Of a stretch of DNA of 64,000 nt, positions 28,856-43,580 are shown in pieces (the first letter of the stretch is position 1; each line of letters opens with the position of its first letter). Both the position numbers and the translations under genes were made by a program. The notes under the pieces were generated by a model. The model saw only the letters and a list, made by a program, of their open reading frames with translations, did not search any database and was not told the DNA's origin. Source of the stretch: the human T2T-CHM13v2.0 reference genome, Homo sapiens; NCBI RefSeq assembly GCF_009914755.1, contig NC_060928.1; one strand, 5' to 3'.

Positions 28856-31800
28856 TAATTATATAATTTTTAATTATATTACTTTAAGCTTATCTCACTT
28901 ACTATATGCCTGCCCCACTCTCCCACAACCACCCAATTAGAATGTAGGTTCTGCAACATCAGATATTTTTTGTTTGATTCACTGTTTAAATTCATACAAG
29001 GTGATCAATAGATTTCTGTTCAGTGAATCATATATTATTATTGGTGTTAATTTAAGACTTGTCTATACATTAGACTGTAAGGTACATAAAAAGAAGAACA
29101 ACGTCTGTTTTGCTCACCAGTGTATTTTTAATACCTAGCATTGTCACAGGCTAGAAAGTTTTTTAAATATCATTTTACCAATAAATAAATGAATAGATGG
29201 ATTGTACTTCAGAATGAATTATTTCAAAAGAGATTTAAAAGCCCGTCACCTTGAAAGTGGCTTATAAACATGCAACTAAATGTGAATCAAATCAATTATT
29301 TATTGATAAAAGTAATAATAACATGATTTAATGTAAAAGAATATATCATTACAGAAAATCACTTAGCTATTCAAAATAAAACATTCAAAGATAAAGTAAA
29401 TCTTGTAAACACAACACTGGGTGACATACAGCAAATTTCAGAAAAATACATGTATTGTGATATCTACCTTATGAATGTAAAGCATGCAATATGACTCAAT
29501 TTATTGCTAAGAGAGATATGTACATGCAAAAAAAAAAAAGAAAGAAAGAAATGCATGTGAATAACAAGTACCAAACTCAGGAGAATATATATCTAAACAG
29601 GAAAAGGAGGAGAGTATAATTAGGAAAAGGCACGTGAGGGATTTCAACAGGATCTGTAACATTTTCTTTGGATAACTACTTGTGAATACATGGCTGCTCA
29701 TTAAAGTGTTATTTACACATTTTTGTTTGTCTGAAATAATTCCAAATAATTCCACAATCCCAGAGAATCTTTAAACTATCTCCATGTTTCTCCGTGTTTT
29801 TTCTTTGCTATCCTACTTAAGCTAGCTCTTTAGTGTTCCCCGGGAGGCATAATCACACTGTCAATGATCAAGTTGCTTGCTCATTCAAAGTTTGCCTCTT
29901 TCTGTTGTGCACTGAATTCTAACTAATGTTAACACTTTCGTATATGGAGAAAAATCATTACCTTGAAAACTGGTTTTTATTCCTTAAAATAAGCTGTCAT
30001 CTAATATCATGTATGTGTCTACTCTATAATAGCTATTAATAGAAATAAAGTTAAATTAGAAACATGGCTATGTTTCTTTCATCTATATTTCCAGAAGAAT
30101 GATCCTGAGGAAATCACTAAATACAGTTTCCAGTCCAAATAACATGTATTCTTATTAGTCCAACTGGTGTCACTCATTGCTGCATGTGGTTCTTAACTCT
30201 TAATATTCAAGGCCTGAAGGATGTGTGAAGGGGGAAAACATTGTCACAAAACTTTTGGCATAGAGATTAAAAGTGCCAACAAAAAATTTAAATGTGATTA
30301 ATCATTTTATGTTGGAGGGCCTACTATGGTATTACAAAACCACAGATTATAAAGCTTAAAATGACACTTAGCAATGAGCCCTGTCATGTTACAGAGAGAA
30401 AAACCATGTCTAGTTAGTAGAGTTTGTGTCAGATCTTAAGTTTTCCAGATTCTAGACTATTACTCTAAGACCTTTTCCCAGAAAACAGAGTCTAGTGATA
30501 TCTCCAGAAGGAAAGGAAAAGACCTCCCTTTTTGAGAACTCTGTTGTCTCCTGCTAGGTATGTTAAAGATGCCATCATTTTTCACTCTCACAACAACTTC
30601 TTAAGTTAGGAATTATAAATCCATTTTCTTAAAGAGCAAACTCGGCTCAGAGAGCCAGTCACTTGCCCTACCTCCCAAAAGGAACAAATGACAGGACCAG
30701 AATCTAGGCAGGATTTGTTCAGGTCCAGAGCTGTGCTTGCTCCACTCTGCCTGCTCCTGTAAATAACCTAGTAATGAGCTAGGAGGAGGGAGGGGATATT
30801 ATAGCAATCATCAATGCCCTGTAGTCTAAACGTCTCACCCAAAGGGGTGTACATTCTTATTACAATGTTTTGTGGTCCTCCAAAGAGTCACAGTACATAA
30901 TAGGATATACACTATATCTGTGGTTTTAAATTTTCATGGGACAGGGAAGTAATCTTCAGGAAAAATGTCTAAAAGTCTCTTTAGGGGAGTGATAATGAAA
31001 AAAAAAGCTTAAGAAACGCTTCTCTATATGTTTCAAGAACAAAAATGCAAGTCAACTTTGAAGTCATTTCTCAGACTGTACATACAAACTCAAAATCAAG
31101 GTATGTGTTTCTCAATTCTGTTGAGTATGTTTTCAAGCATCAGTGGTTCTTTTCTTTTATAAGCCCAGGCTTTATGCTGGTCAAAGCATGGGTTTTAGAG
31201 TCAAGTGGATTTATCAAGTTGTCAAATCAGCTCAACTACTCATAAGTTTTGCAATTACTTGAACTTTCTGAGTTTCATCTTACAGGACCATTGAAATATT
31301 GAAATGCAATAGCATGTGAAATGCCTAACATAAAGTAATTTTCAATAAATGTGAATTCTTTCCCCCCACATTGGGCTATTAATTTCTTTGGGTAGTAAAT
31401 CTCTATTATAGGAAGAAGAATGTAAGAATTGGTTACAATAAAGGCTGTTTTACTTTGGGGAAATAACTGAATATTTTTGACCTTCATAGAATTATGCAGC
31501 TTCCAGGTGGTCGTGGTTTAGTATTTGAGCATTTAGAAAAATAGGAGAGGGCTGTATAAGAATGAAGTAACAGAATTTGTTGGAGTATTATAAGGAGAAC
31601 TTTAAATGGACTGTGACAGAGGAAAAAATAAATAAAATACTTATTTCAGTCATTACCATTAGTGGTCAGAATAGCTTGTATTTAAATAGTGGAACCACAG
31701 AGAATAAATATCTTAAAGGAAAGAAAGGAATAGAAAGCAGGTCAACTGACCTTTATCAAGATTTATGTTTCTGATGTTGTGATATAGCATACATAATATG

Positions 31801-34800
31801 CTTCAAGGCAACTGTTTGAATTCCAGAATGTTTTCAGTGGAGGACTGCATCCCCGCCCCATTGTGCTAGCTTAAGAACACGACAATTAGAATTGTAATCT
31901 TTATAATTTTCATGTTTAATATTTCCCCTTTCCTTCTATAACAGGTAATATGAAAATTTAGCTAAACTTGTGCCCCAATTGAGATTAAATTCAAATAAAT
32001 ATGTTATCTCATATCTATAAGCCAAAAATATCTTCACCAATAAATTTCATATTTCAAAGAACTTGCTTTATAGGTAGACTAATATTAATACTCATGTTTA
32101 TCTTTCTACATTAACATAATTGCCTTAGGTTCTCCCCTACAATTTTAAAAGGGCATATACCAAGTGGAAAGGATTATATATACAATAAAATATAATATAT
32201 ATGTAGAATATGCATTTTTATTGAACAATAAATGTGTATATGCCTGTCCATCTAAATCTTATGTCTTATGTGTGTTTGACAATCTTGCTGTGATAATCAC
32301 ACAGGTATTAAAAACTGGCACATTTTATTTCTCCAGGGAAGGAATAATATCACTTTAATTATTCTTATCACCATGGTACAGTAGCAGCAATTTAGAAATA
32401 CACTGGATCGGGTTATGAACAAGTGACTCAAGAACTGAGACACTGGCTGAAAATAATGAGATGAAGAAAAATTTGACAAAGTTTTATTTCTATTTGTTAG
32501 TAATAAAAGGAATCATCATTTTACTGAATATATAGCCATTGGTTTTAATGATTTCAGAACAAATAATCTTGTCCAGGGGGTTTTAGTCATCTTAGTCTTT
32601 ACTTATTCTTATCTGAGAAGAGCAGAAATAAAATTTCTCATCAGAAAAGTAGACACGGCTCCTGCCTATCTTTCTGTCAGCAGTCCACCAGAGTGTTCAT
32701 TTCAAGGCACCATATCTAGCTCCAGATGACCTAGGTCAATGTCCATTAAATATTGGGAAAAGTAAATCTTTCAAGTCCCAAAGTGGTGAAAGAAAAATTA
32801 GCATTCCAAAATCATTCTTTGCCACTGCTTCTTTCTTTTAATATATTTGAAACTATTCCTAGAAACTTTTAAAAAAAATAGGAACTTTAAAATATCTAAA
32901 CCTTCCTTTTATCACACCCTGTCTCACATCACTTCTAAAATACATGTTTTGAAGTGCAATTCCCGAGTTTTACATTATGTCTGGACTTCTGGCTAATTCT
33001 AGTATTGAGTACTCTAGATGGGCTATTTTGCTTCATTCTGTTATAATTATATGTCAGAACCAATTACTCTACATGAATGCAATTTTCCACATAAATGGTG
33101 TTGACAACAACTGATATTGTGGCCCAGAGGCTGTAGAAATGGTCAAAGCCCTAGCTGGGAGGATAGCTTTTAAAAATGTTGTTTAACTGAATTAGCTTAT
33201 TTCCTTTCCTTTCTGCTGCCTATTTTCCACCTCTTGTTTAGAATGAACCAACATTTTAATAGCCAGGACTAGAAAAGTGGTGGTGAGGGGAGGCATTAAA
33301 TGAAATGATAGTTTATCTAGAGAACATGCAATGAATCCACACTTAACTTTCTTCATCACTTTCCCCTATTTCAGAACTTGCATAAACTTCTGTAAAGTCT
33401 TCAGTTCTTGTTTTGTTTATTTATTTGGGATAAAATAAATTATCATCTCATCTACGTACAAGGAGCAAAATACACAGGTAGCCTTGCATGGATCATAGAC
33501 ATGAGAAAACTGAGCATTCTCAAACTTTTTAAAGATCAATTTATTTTGAAAAAATTTACAGGACTGATTTTGCTATCTTTTCAAATAAGCATTTCTGTGA
33601 ATTTTTAAGTTTGAAATGTTATATTCAAGTAATTTCCATTTATATAAAAATATAGCAATCAAAATATACTTAGCATTGCATGACATCATACAAGGTACTT
33701 TACGAAAAGGAGAAGAGCCATTTCCAAACCCCAAAAAAGTAATGCTAGAGTCTGCAGAAAACAAAACTGTATTCCTATTACAGAAAGAGCTGGATCTTTC
33801 TCCTTTGATCTCAGATGTTCCTCTGGAATTTACATAACAGAGCTTAGACATGGTCAATAACCTAAACAAACTTAAAATCTCGTGTTCCAAAACATACCTT
33901 TTAACTGAATGTCTACATATACTTTTCATAAACTTTGGATGAATCATCAGGATCAAAACCCAAAAGGCCTCCATTCAATAACACCCACCTAGTGCCAGCC
34001 ACTAATTTGAAACTTATTTTGAAAAAAGGGCTGAAAGGGAGTTTGCTTCCTGTCTGAAGCACAGAGGTGGTATATTAGGGTAGTTCAAGGTCTGAGGGAA
34101 GAGATACAATTTGTTTTACTCATATCTTCACCATTTACATCTGCATCTTTTAGCTTTCAACTTTAAGAAATGGTTTGAGTTGCTTTCTGTCTGCTTCGTT
34201 TTTATAACAGACTTGAAAGAAGTCAGTTTTGTCCTTCCAGACATCCTAGCAGATGCTATCGGATTGATACTAACCACTGCCATTTTAACACTACACAGAA
34301 ACAAAATGTAGATTCATTCTTAACCACGGCAGTAAATGTTCTGCAGCAACAAATGAATTTTTAAAATATAGATATGTTAGGATGACAGGTTAAACTGGTT
34401 TAGAAGGTTCCTGTGGATAAGAAGTATATGCTGGAATATAAATTGATTTCTGGAAGCTGTAGAATTTGATGTGAAAGATTTAGGGACTGAAAACCATCCT
34501 GGGGTTCAACCCTCTGTCAAAGATTCATCTTTAGTTCTACTTAGTAAGAACTCCATACCCGTGAGAGAGATATAGAGAGAGCAAGAAATGAGACCATTAT
34601 GATCACTTTTGGTTGATATGCTCTTATGGCTACACCCATCTGAAGGGACTGTGCTTCTTTAGAATACACCATGAAAAACAGGCAGAGAATATAGAAACTG
34701 GAAATGCAATCTATGGACAGAGCTACTTTAAAAGAAAATATTTGCCTGATTCTTCTCTAAGGAATCAATAGATCTTCAGTGTCACATAACAAAATTTAAA

Positions 34801-36149
34801 GGGAAACATCAAATCCCTCAAAAGTCTTAGGTATCTGACCATGAGTCATCAGCCTAGTATGTCATTCTCTTCTATATTACAAAAGAATTCATTTCCTCTC
34901 TTTCAACAAATATTTGTTCTATGTCTGCCATGTAACAGGAGCTGTGTCCTGGCATTAAGAAAACAGCAGTGAACAGGAGAAGGTAACCATACAAAGATCA
35001 CTGATAACAGTACTTCACACATTATTCTTCATAAGTTCCTTATGAGACTAAGTCACTGAGAATAGCATTGCAGTGTTACACACTAAACTTTCTTCACTTT
35101 CCTTTTCAGACCTTCAAGCCTTTCAACCACAAGTCCATAGATCTGTTTGCAATAATCTTGCTGATTTATATGTCAATGGGATAATGAATTTTCAAATCTA
35201 AGATGGGTGCACCAAAGGGTTCATGTTGAGTCACATGAAATTTGAAGGGAGAATTACACTGAATTTTAGAAGCCAGCATATAGTAATGTTGTTTCTTTAT
35301 AACTTATTTCAATTTTATTTAATCTATGAATATTCAACCTAACATTAAAAGTATTGTAGAACATCTATATGATTTTTGTTAATTAAAAGAATTAAATTAT
35401 ATTAGCTGTTTCCAAAAAGTGTTGTCTATTTTACATAAACAGCCATACTAGGGGGTTGGCAACACAGTACAGAGCACAAATGAATTTTCCTGATAAAAGA
35501 AATACTAATACTTCAGAAAATGTATCTATCTTCTCGAGACCTCCAGATAATTTGAACAGCATAGAACTACCAGGATGTTCCAGCCACTTCAGAACTTGAA
35601 TTGGCCATTTTGTTAGAAGAACTTGAAAAATAGATTCTCTATTAATCTATATCACATGAAGCAGGAAAAACCCTCACTAATCTATGTCAAATGATTTCAT
35701 GTATGGTCTTTGCTCAATTTAAGTTCAATTGTTTTTTTTTTATTTAAACAACATGTAACTACTAGGTGATAGATGTATGTGCTAATTAAAATGCCACATT
35801 TCCAAAAAAGATTTGGGCAGAATTGAGCCAGTTATTTATCTGGGAAAAGAGAAAGAAGTATTTCCGGTTATCATGGAGTGCTTATAAGCCAAGTAGATCC
35901 ACAGGCCATATTTGCATTTTGTGCTAATGCCATTTCTATCTATATGCCCCTACCTTACTCTCTGGTGTGAACCTTCTATATTGTAGGGGCTCTAATGATA
36001 GCCTCTAGTCACTTGTCAAGGACAGCTCCCTTGCATCTGCTATTCTTCCCCCTAGAAATAATCTTCTGGATGCACGTACGGCTGCCTTTTTTTCTTCTGT
36101 CAGATTTTAGCACAAACTTTCTCTCCTCCCAGAAACCTTTCTAGATCAC

Positions 36150-36615
36150 CTATGTTCATTTGGTAACAAAAGTTACTTAACAAATAAACCCAAACGTAAT
36201 GGCTCAAACACAGTAATGGTTAACTTCTCTCTCAGTGAATAGTTCAGGCAAATCTTGCAGGTTGCAGCCAAAGCAAGAGCCTTTGCTCCACACAGTCATT
36301 TGGGGACCCAGGCTGACAGCAGTGCCACCATTTTTAACACGTGACTTCCAAGATTCCTTTGGTTACTCTACTCATTGTTGTGACTTTACAGCTCACAAAA
36401 AGAAATAAAAAGCACTAACAATCATGTGAGAAAGACCTGAAGTGGCACACTTCACTTCTTCTCGTAGACTATTGGAAAGAACTTACCCAAATGGTTACTG
36501 CACTATGTACTGTATTGAAATTTAGAAATTAAGTGTAGTTGGGAAACCACATGTCCTATTATGGTAGAAAAACTGGAGAATGAACTTTGATGGACAGCTA
36601 GCAATGGCTACTGTA
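36150..36615 (-). mobile_element. Old MaLR LTR (MLT1J/K-like)
   Basis: acttaacaaataaacccaaa...ctttgctccacacagtcatttggggacccaggctgacagcag...gaagtggcacacttcacttc. Confidence 0.55.
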
Positions 36616-36934
36616 GCACACTAGTTTTAAGTCACTTGCAGTAGGTTTCCATCTTTCCACTTAACACAAGATCTTCAAGGCAGGAACTTTGTCTATCTTG
36701 CTCATGTCTACATGCTTGACATAAGAATAGTACTTGGCACTGAAGAGATTATCAAACAATATTTGCTAGCTGATTTACCAGGCCAATTCCTCTAAAGACT
36801 TTTGTGGAATGAAATCCAGATATTTATTTGCCATGGCTCTCTGATGTCCAAAAGTCTGCTTTCAGAAATAACCATGTTCATCTCTTCTTACTTGGTGCCC
36901 TTTCATAACTGTCAAATAACGGAACAATTCCTAG

Positions 36935-37205
36935 CATTATTGAGAAGCCGCCTCATGCCATATACCACTAAATGCTCCATATGTATTGTCTCATTTAATC
37001 TTCACAATAACCCTAGCAGGTAGGTACTCATATTAGTCCATTTTTACAAATTAAGAAAGTGAGTCTTAGGAAGTAACTCACATAATAGCAGTTACTTTGT
37101 AAGTAATTCACTCAAGGCCCACGGTGGATAAGGTAATAGAACTTGGACTTAAATCCAGTCCTGGAACTCAGTCTCCAGAGCCCAACCTGTTAACCATTAG
37201 GCCAT
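36935..37205 (-). mobile_element. MIR SINE
   Basis: tctcatttaatcttcacaataaccctagcaggtaggtact...ccatttttacaaattaagaaagtgagtcttagg. Confidence 0.75.
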
Positions 37206-37238
37206 ATGGTCTCCCAAAAATTATTAATTCATTTAAAG

Positions 37239-37437
37239 CAGTGGTTCTCAACTGGGGACAGTTTTGGCAATGTCTGGAGACATTTTTGATTCCCATGACT
37301 AGGATATGGATGTTATCAGCATCTAGTGGATATAGATAAGGATGCTGTTAAACATCCTAAAATGCACCTGATCACCCCCAGAAAAGAAAAGAGTTATTCA
37401 GTTCAAAATGTCAACAGTGCTGAGGTTGAGAACCCTG
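37239..37437 (+). mobile_element. MER20 hAT-Charlie MITE
   Basis: cagtggttctcaactggggaca...ggcaatgtctggagacatttttg...gtgctgaggttgagaaccctg; TSD atttaaag/atttagaa. Confidence 0.9.
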
Positions 37438-40394
37438 ATTTAGAAGGACACACTGTTTAGGCAGTGACATGTTGCTTTGAACAAATCATAAGCAAAAATC
37501 TTCTTAATCTGATTTTTTCCAAAGGTTATTTTTTGTTCACTTGAAAATTCTGTTTGAGATTGTCCTATTAAGTTGTTATTTACTTCCTCTTCTTATACTT
37601 CAGCTTCTAATTTCCATTTGCCCCTGGATATTTTATTTATTATCTTTTTAAAGCTTGAGTTGCCTTTTGTGACAGCTCAGGAAAGTCTCCACTGTTTTTT
37701 ATTCAAATACCTTTCTGTACCCTACCTCTTTAATGACACCTTCCTCTACAGGTTAGTAACCTTTGTGACAACCTCCCCAACACAGACCTAAATCAAATGT
37801 TCATAGAGCTCCCTCTTCCCTCATTAACTTACCAAAAGTACTTATCCCATTTGAGGCCACTGTGTTCTCTTGAACTTAGCCAGGATTTTAATGAACATTT
37901 AATATAAATCCACTCATCTTATTTAAAAAGTAAAATGAAAATGGCAAGTTAATAGCAAAACCAAGATGTGACACAAGGCCTCCTAACTCCCAGTTGATTA
38001 TTATTTGTAAGATACCACATCACCTCCTACCTGAGAAAATGTCCAAATGCATTTACACTTTATCATATTAATGATTTAATATAATTATATCTAAAAATAG
38101 AGTTAAATGTGTTAATTTCTAAGTAAGTTGTTTGGTATCATTTGCTTTTTATATTTGTGTATTTGCTCTGACACTAAAAATGTCTCAAGATGTTGTTTAC
38201 AGAAATCAAAACTACTGATTTTTACTTATCACTTTGCCCCTTCACTGGCTTTATAGTCAGACAATATGAATATAGCCTTATAAAATTTTAATTGGAATGT
38301 TTTATTTTTAATATAATAGTATTTAGTAAGCTTGGTAATGACAGAGAGCATGAAGAAACTCCAGCATCCAAGAAAAAGAAAGTTGGGAATTTTTACATTT
38401 CTTTTAACCTGTTGCCCAGAGTTATTACTTTAACTTAAATTGATTTGGGGGGTAGCAGGAATGACAGGATGGAGGCAAGAAGTGGGTAGTGAGGATGATG
38501 AAAGAAAAAAGACTACAGATGAAGAAATCCACTTAAAGAAAAACGGAGGGAAACCAATCTGAGCAACTCAGAAAGCAAATGGCCCCAAATGTGAACTTAC
38601 CACCACCAAACGCAGGATCTCCAGGTGTTTTCTTTCCTTTTCCTGCAGAGACAAGATTGTCAGGATGTCAAGAACCTGACTGAACTCTGCCGCCCTGCAC
38701 TGTGAATTCCAGAGCTATGTGTGTCATTCTTCCCATCTGTTTCTAATTTAACATGCTCTTTCTCTCCAGATAGCTTTACAAATAGCTAAGCACACTTAAT
38801 GTGGTGACCCAACCAGGAAGGATGTGTCAGACTGCTAGCTCTGGTGCTCCTTTCAAATGAGTGTTTAGACAGGCAAAACATGACCAGCAGCTATTCCTTG
38901 CCATAGATTTCCGTGGCAGTGAGCATGTCAAATCTCTATATGCTCTTTCTTGTGACCATGGCTGCTGTTTCACTGTGATTATCTTAAAAGAACTATAGGT
39001 AAAATCTAGGCATTCTCATGAATATGAATTTTTATGGAAATGAACATCAAGTATGGAATGTAAGCATGTGTAGAACAATGAAGAAGCAACAGATGTGAAT
39101 GAGTGAGAAGGGGAAAACAAGAGGAACCAGATGGTTAACACCCCTGTGAAAAATGAATATGAGATGCAGCACAATTGCCCTCTTGGTAGAAATAGAAATA
39201 TTGTAGCCTTAACGAGAATTTGGTACCCAGTTTAATCTTTTCCTGTCCCCTATTATCCTGCTTCTTGCCACTCTACTATAATGTTGACTCAGAGACTTTT
39301 ACAACCCCAGAGTGTAATATTGGTTGTGGAACACTAAACCACACAATTAAAGAATACACTTAACCATGATGTCACATCATACCTGAATGGTTGGATGATC
39401 CTGGAAAGAATAGGAACAAAGAAAATGAGAAAAAGAAACACCCTTACACTATTCCCAGTAAAAAGAGTAGCAAACATGAGAAAGATAAATGCATAGGGTT
39501 TCTCTTTCTCACTTTTGCCACTCTTTCAAATATATAAGCTATAAGACAATAGATAATAAGATTTTAGATATAAAACATCTCATAGATATAAATTAGATAT
39601 AAAACATCCAATTAGATGGTAATCAGATAGAAAAGATCCAATAGAAGTGGATTTTTTAACATAAATTGACATTAAAAAGTCCCAAAATTGTATAAGGTAA
39701 CCTCCACCAAATATGCAAACACATGAGTTATGGATGTAAAATCATAATACACAAATTATTGTGTGTTCATTAAATAATTTAAGATATGACTTTTTTCATA
39801 CTGCAAAACCATTCAGTTTATCATAACTCAGACTAAGAGACATCTTGTGCCTACAGAGTTCTCAAAAATATCCTGCATATGCAAAGGTCCCTTATAGACA
39901 TAAATGAAGTAAAACAAAATAAAATTGAAAGGAGAACTGTGAAAGAAGTAACAAAGCAAATTAGCATTAAGCCTTTTCTGTGGGTTTTGTCCAATCCATG
40001 CTCTTTAATGTGAAGAGAGAACTTACAATGTTTATTTAAAAAAAATGAATGGAGTGAGAATTACATTTGACTCCAACTCTAATTGGTCTTAGACTGAAAG
40101 ATATGATAAGGTATTACTTTGTATAACCATTTTAGTAAAGGCACAATTCAACTTGTATTTTCAGGGGCGCAGGTGCCAGAAGCCAGTCTTTTTTACCCCC
40201 AACAGATTTTTCTTCTCTTATGTCTTATTGGTCATATTGTGCCACATGGCCATTCCTTGTTCTCTGGGAAGTAGAAAAAAAAATGAGTATTTAGGTTTTT
40301 AATCCTTTATGAGGGAAGGTGGCAAAGCAGAAGGGGTTGGGAATGAATATTTAGTGAGCCAACAATGTTGGCCACAAGCATCCTTTTTAATTTG

Positions 40395-40670
40395 CTTTCC
40401 AATGAAAGAGGTATTTGTGACTGGTTCTACTCTTCTGTCGCTTTCCTGCTTTGAAAGCAAATGTGATGCCCTGATCCCTAGAAGGCAACAGTATCATGGA
40501 GTTGAGAAGCCAAACCACCAAGGAGAGCAGAGCAGAAAGGTGAAGAGCACCTGAGTCTTTACTGATGTCACCAAGCCACTGCACCAGCATAGACTTACTT
40601 CTTTCCAGACTTTTTCCTACATGAGAAAAATAATCCCCTATTTGTTTTAGCTGCTGTTGCTCTTTTGCAT
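40395..40670 (+). mobile_element. Old ERVL LTR fragment (LTR33-like)
   Basis: gcagagcagaaaggtgaagagcacctgagtctttactgatgtcaccaagccactg...catgagaaaaataatcccc. Confidence 0.55.
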
Positions 40671-41753
40671 GTTAAGGTAGTGCTCTATTGAATACTTTAA
40701 CATTTTCCAGGTCAAGATAGAAAACCATTCAAATGCCAGTACACAGAGAATTGGCATGGGGTGCGGGTGCCAGGGCAATAAGGGAGAAGCAAAGTGGAGG
40801 CAAACTCCAACTCTCAGGAAAAAAAATTAAAGCTAACAATGTACTTCAGGATTAAGAGACTAGGAAAACTGGAAGATGGATTATAACATCTGAGGAAAGA
40901 AAGAATCCCAAACCACAGATAAATCTATTGCTTAAATCCCACAATCTCTGCACAGATTTTAAAAATGTCCTACATGCTTTTCTTCAAGATAGCTGTACAT
41001 TAACTTTGTGTAAGCAGGGAAGAAAAAATAAAATAAAATAAAAGGGAGATTGTCCAAAGTGTTGACCAGAGAATGAGGTTTTATAAAATTAAAGCCAAAA
41101 GACTGAATAATTAAGATTAAATATACGTGTCTCTTGTACAAAAAGGCTAACTAAAATCAATATAGAAATCATTATCAGATTTCAGATGAGTAGAGACTAT
41201 CTTCCAACTAAATTATGAGAAGCAAAAGAGAGATAAAATACCATCCCCTGGAAAACTCTAATTCTGTAACTGAGAGAAGACCAGTAAAATCCTTTCGAAA
41301 CAACTAGCATGATTTTGAAAAAAAATTTAATCCAACTCCTTTATTTTACTGATGGGAGTTTATGAACCAGAGAGGCTACATTATCAAACAGAGTAAAGCA
41401 AATATTTGTAACATTGTAAGGATATTTGTTAAAAATAACAATTAACATTCACAGGTCAGTCACTTTTCTAGCCAATTTATTTACATTATCTCATTCAATA
41501 CTAACAAAAACCCTATGAGATCATTATCTCATAGTTAACTATTGTGACGTCTATTTTAGAATTGAGGAACAGAGGATCAGGAGCTTAAATAACTCACTTA
41601 ACATAAAACATGGAGTCAACTAAGGCTTCCATTTAACTAGGCTATCAAACACAAAGCCCTCATTCTTACAATACTCTTCTAATGATAGTTCCATCTTTAT
41701 GAACATTCCAGGTAATTTTATTTCACTTTTCACTGAGAACAAAACAAGTTACA

Positions 41754-42213
41754 ATTTGATAGCACAATAGGGTGACTATAGTCAATAACTTAATGTATAT
41801 TTCAAAATAACTTAAAGAATGTAATTAGATTATTTGTAACTCAAAAGATAAATGTTTGATGGGATGGATACCCCATTATCCACGATGTGCTTACTTCACA
41901 TTGCATGCCCGTATCAAAATGTCTCATGTACCCCATACTTATATCCTATGCTGACTACTTTGAAATTGTCTTATTTTATTTATATATATATATATGGGGT
42001 AGGTGTCCACTTTGCTTCTCCCATATTTATGTGTGTGTGTATATAGCTTATATATTTGAAAGAGTAGCAAAAGTGAGAAACAGAAACCCTATACATGTGT
42101 AGGTGTATATACATATATATAAGTAGGTGTATCTGTATGTGTATATATACACACGTATATATGCATATATATACACACACACACAACTATATACCCATAA
42201 ACATTTTTTAAAC
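41754..42213 (+). mobile_element. 5'-truncated L1MA 3' end carrying an internal complex insertion
   Basis: gatagcacaatagggtgactatagtcaataa...tgcatgcccgtatcaaaatgtctcatgtaccccata [insert] ctatatacccataaa; TSD aacaagttaca/aacaggttaca at 41743-41753 and 42214-42224. Confidence 0.8.
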
Positions 42214-43344
42214 AACAGGTTACAGGTAACAATGTGTCAAAGATGGATAGTTATGTAATGAGTGGCTTCATGAAAATATAATTTTTATTTCATTTAAATT
42301 TATAATTTTAATAAAAATAAACAAGAGGCTTTGTATAACCTCATAAACTATCCTATGCTGGACTACTTTAAAATTGTCTAATTTTATTAATGCACTAAGA
42401 TCTTAGATGAAGCCCGTGTTTGTGAAGTTACCTATTAGGTCAGCATTTTTACAATGGATCTCTCCTGGTAACCTGCCCCCAAAACCTAAGCATTTGTAGC
42501 AATCAAATCTTCACCTATTGTTTCAAGATTAGTACTCTCTTTGAGGAAGAGATAAGGAAAGTCAAGAATACTTCATATGGGGTGTCTTCATCTTTCAATC
42601 TGAAAATGCCAAAGTTGAAAGCCTAGCTGGCAAAACTTTAAATTCCATTACCTCCCAAACCAGAGAGAGCTTACGGATCTAGGCAATGAAGTCAATTACC
42701 AACATCACTAATGTAATTTTAATTATTCTGCATGGCAATCACTTGCTATAAGGCCATAAATGTCAAAAAAAAAAAAAAACCACGAAGTTTAGGATTTGCA
42801 ATAATCAGGCACAAGTATATGATTGGGCGGGATAATTGAGTTATCAGTACTTAGAGGAAACAACTGCCCATAAAACAATAAAAAGCATTTTGTTTAGGCT
42901 GACTCTGAGAAAAACAGCATAACATGGAACTATAATTTAAAGTAGGAAGAAAGTGAGCGTGAGAGAAAGAGTGAGAGAGAGGGGAGGGGAGCGAGAACGT
43001 ACAGACTATGAAAGAAGCTTAGGATGCAAGACATACTGTTTTTGTGTAAAGCACATGTTGACTTGGGAAGAGTTAGTTGTCACCAAGTCACTGCAGCACG
43101 CTTGTAACATGATGCCTTTTAAAGACCAGAGATGATGCATAATTTACAAAATGCCACAAAAATACATGAATTGTAAATCAGTCTAAAAATTTAGAAACTT
43201 AAAACAGCTAGGTAACGACAGAAAATACAAGTATGAAATATATCATCAAGTTAGTAAAAGAAGCAATAGCTTTAAGGAGACTTAACAGAGAAGTTGCCCC
43301 CAGAGAACAAAAAGGAAGCACAAAAAAGAAAAGATAAGTAATAG

Positions 43345-43580
<236 letters not shown>

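Noticed and set aside
38627-38769. Strong-looking plus-strand splice acceptors (cag at 38646-38648 and 38767-38769; also ~35109)
   Set aside because: No convincing paired donor or reading frame. A lncRNA exon cannot be excluded without RNA data, but the sequence alone does not support one.
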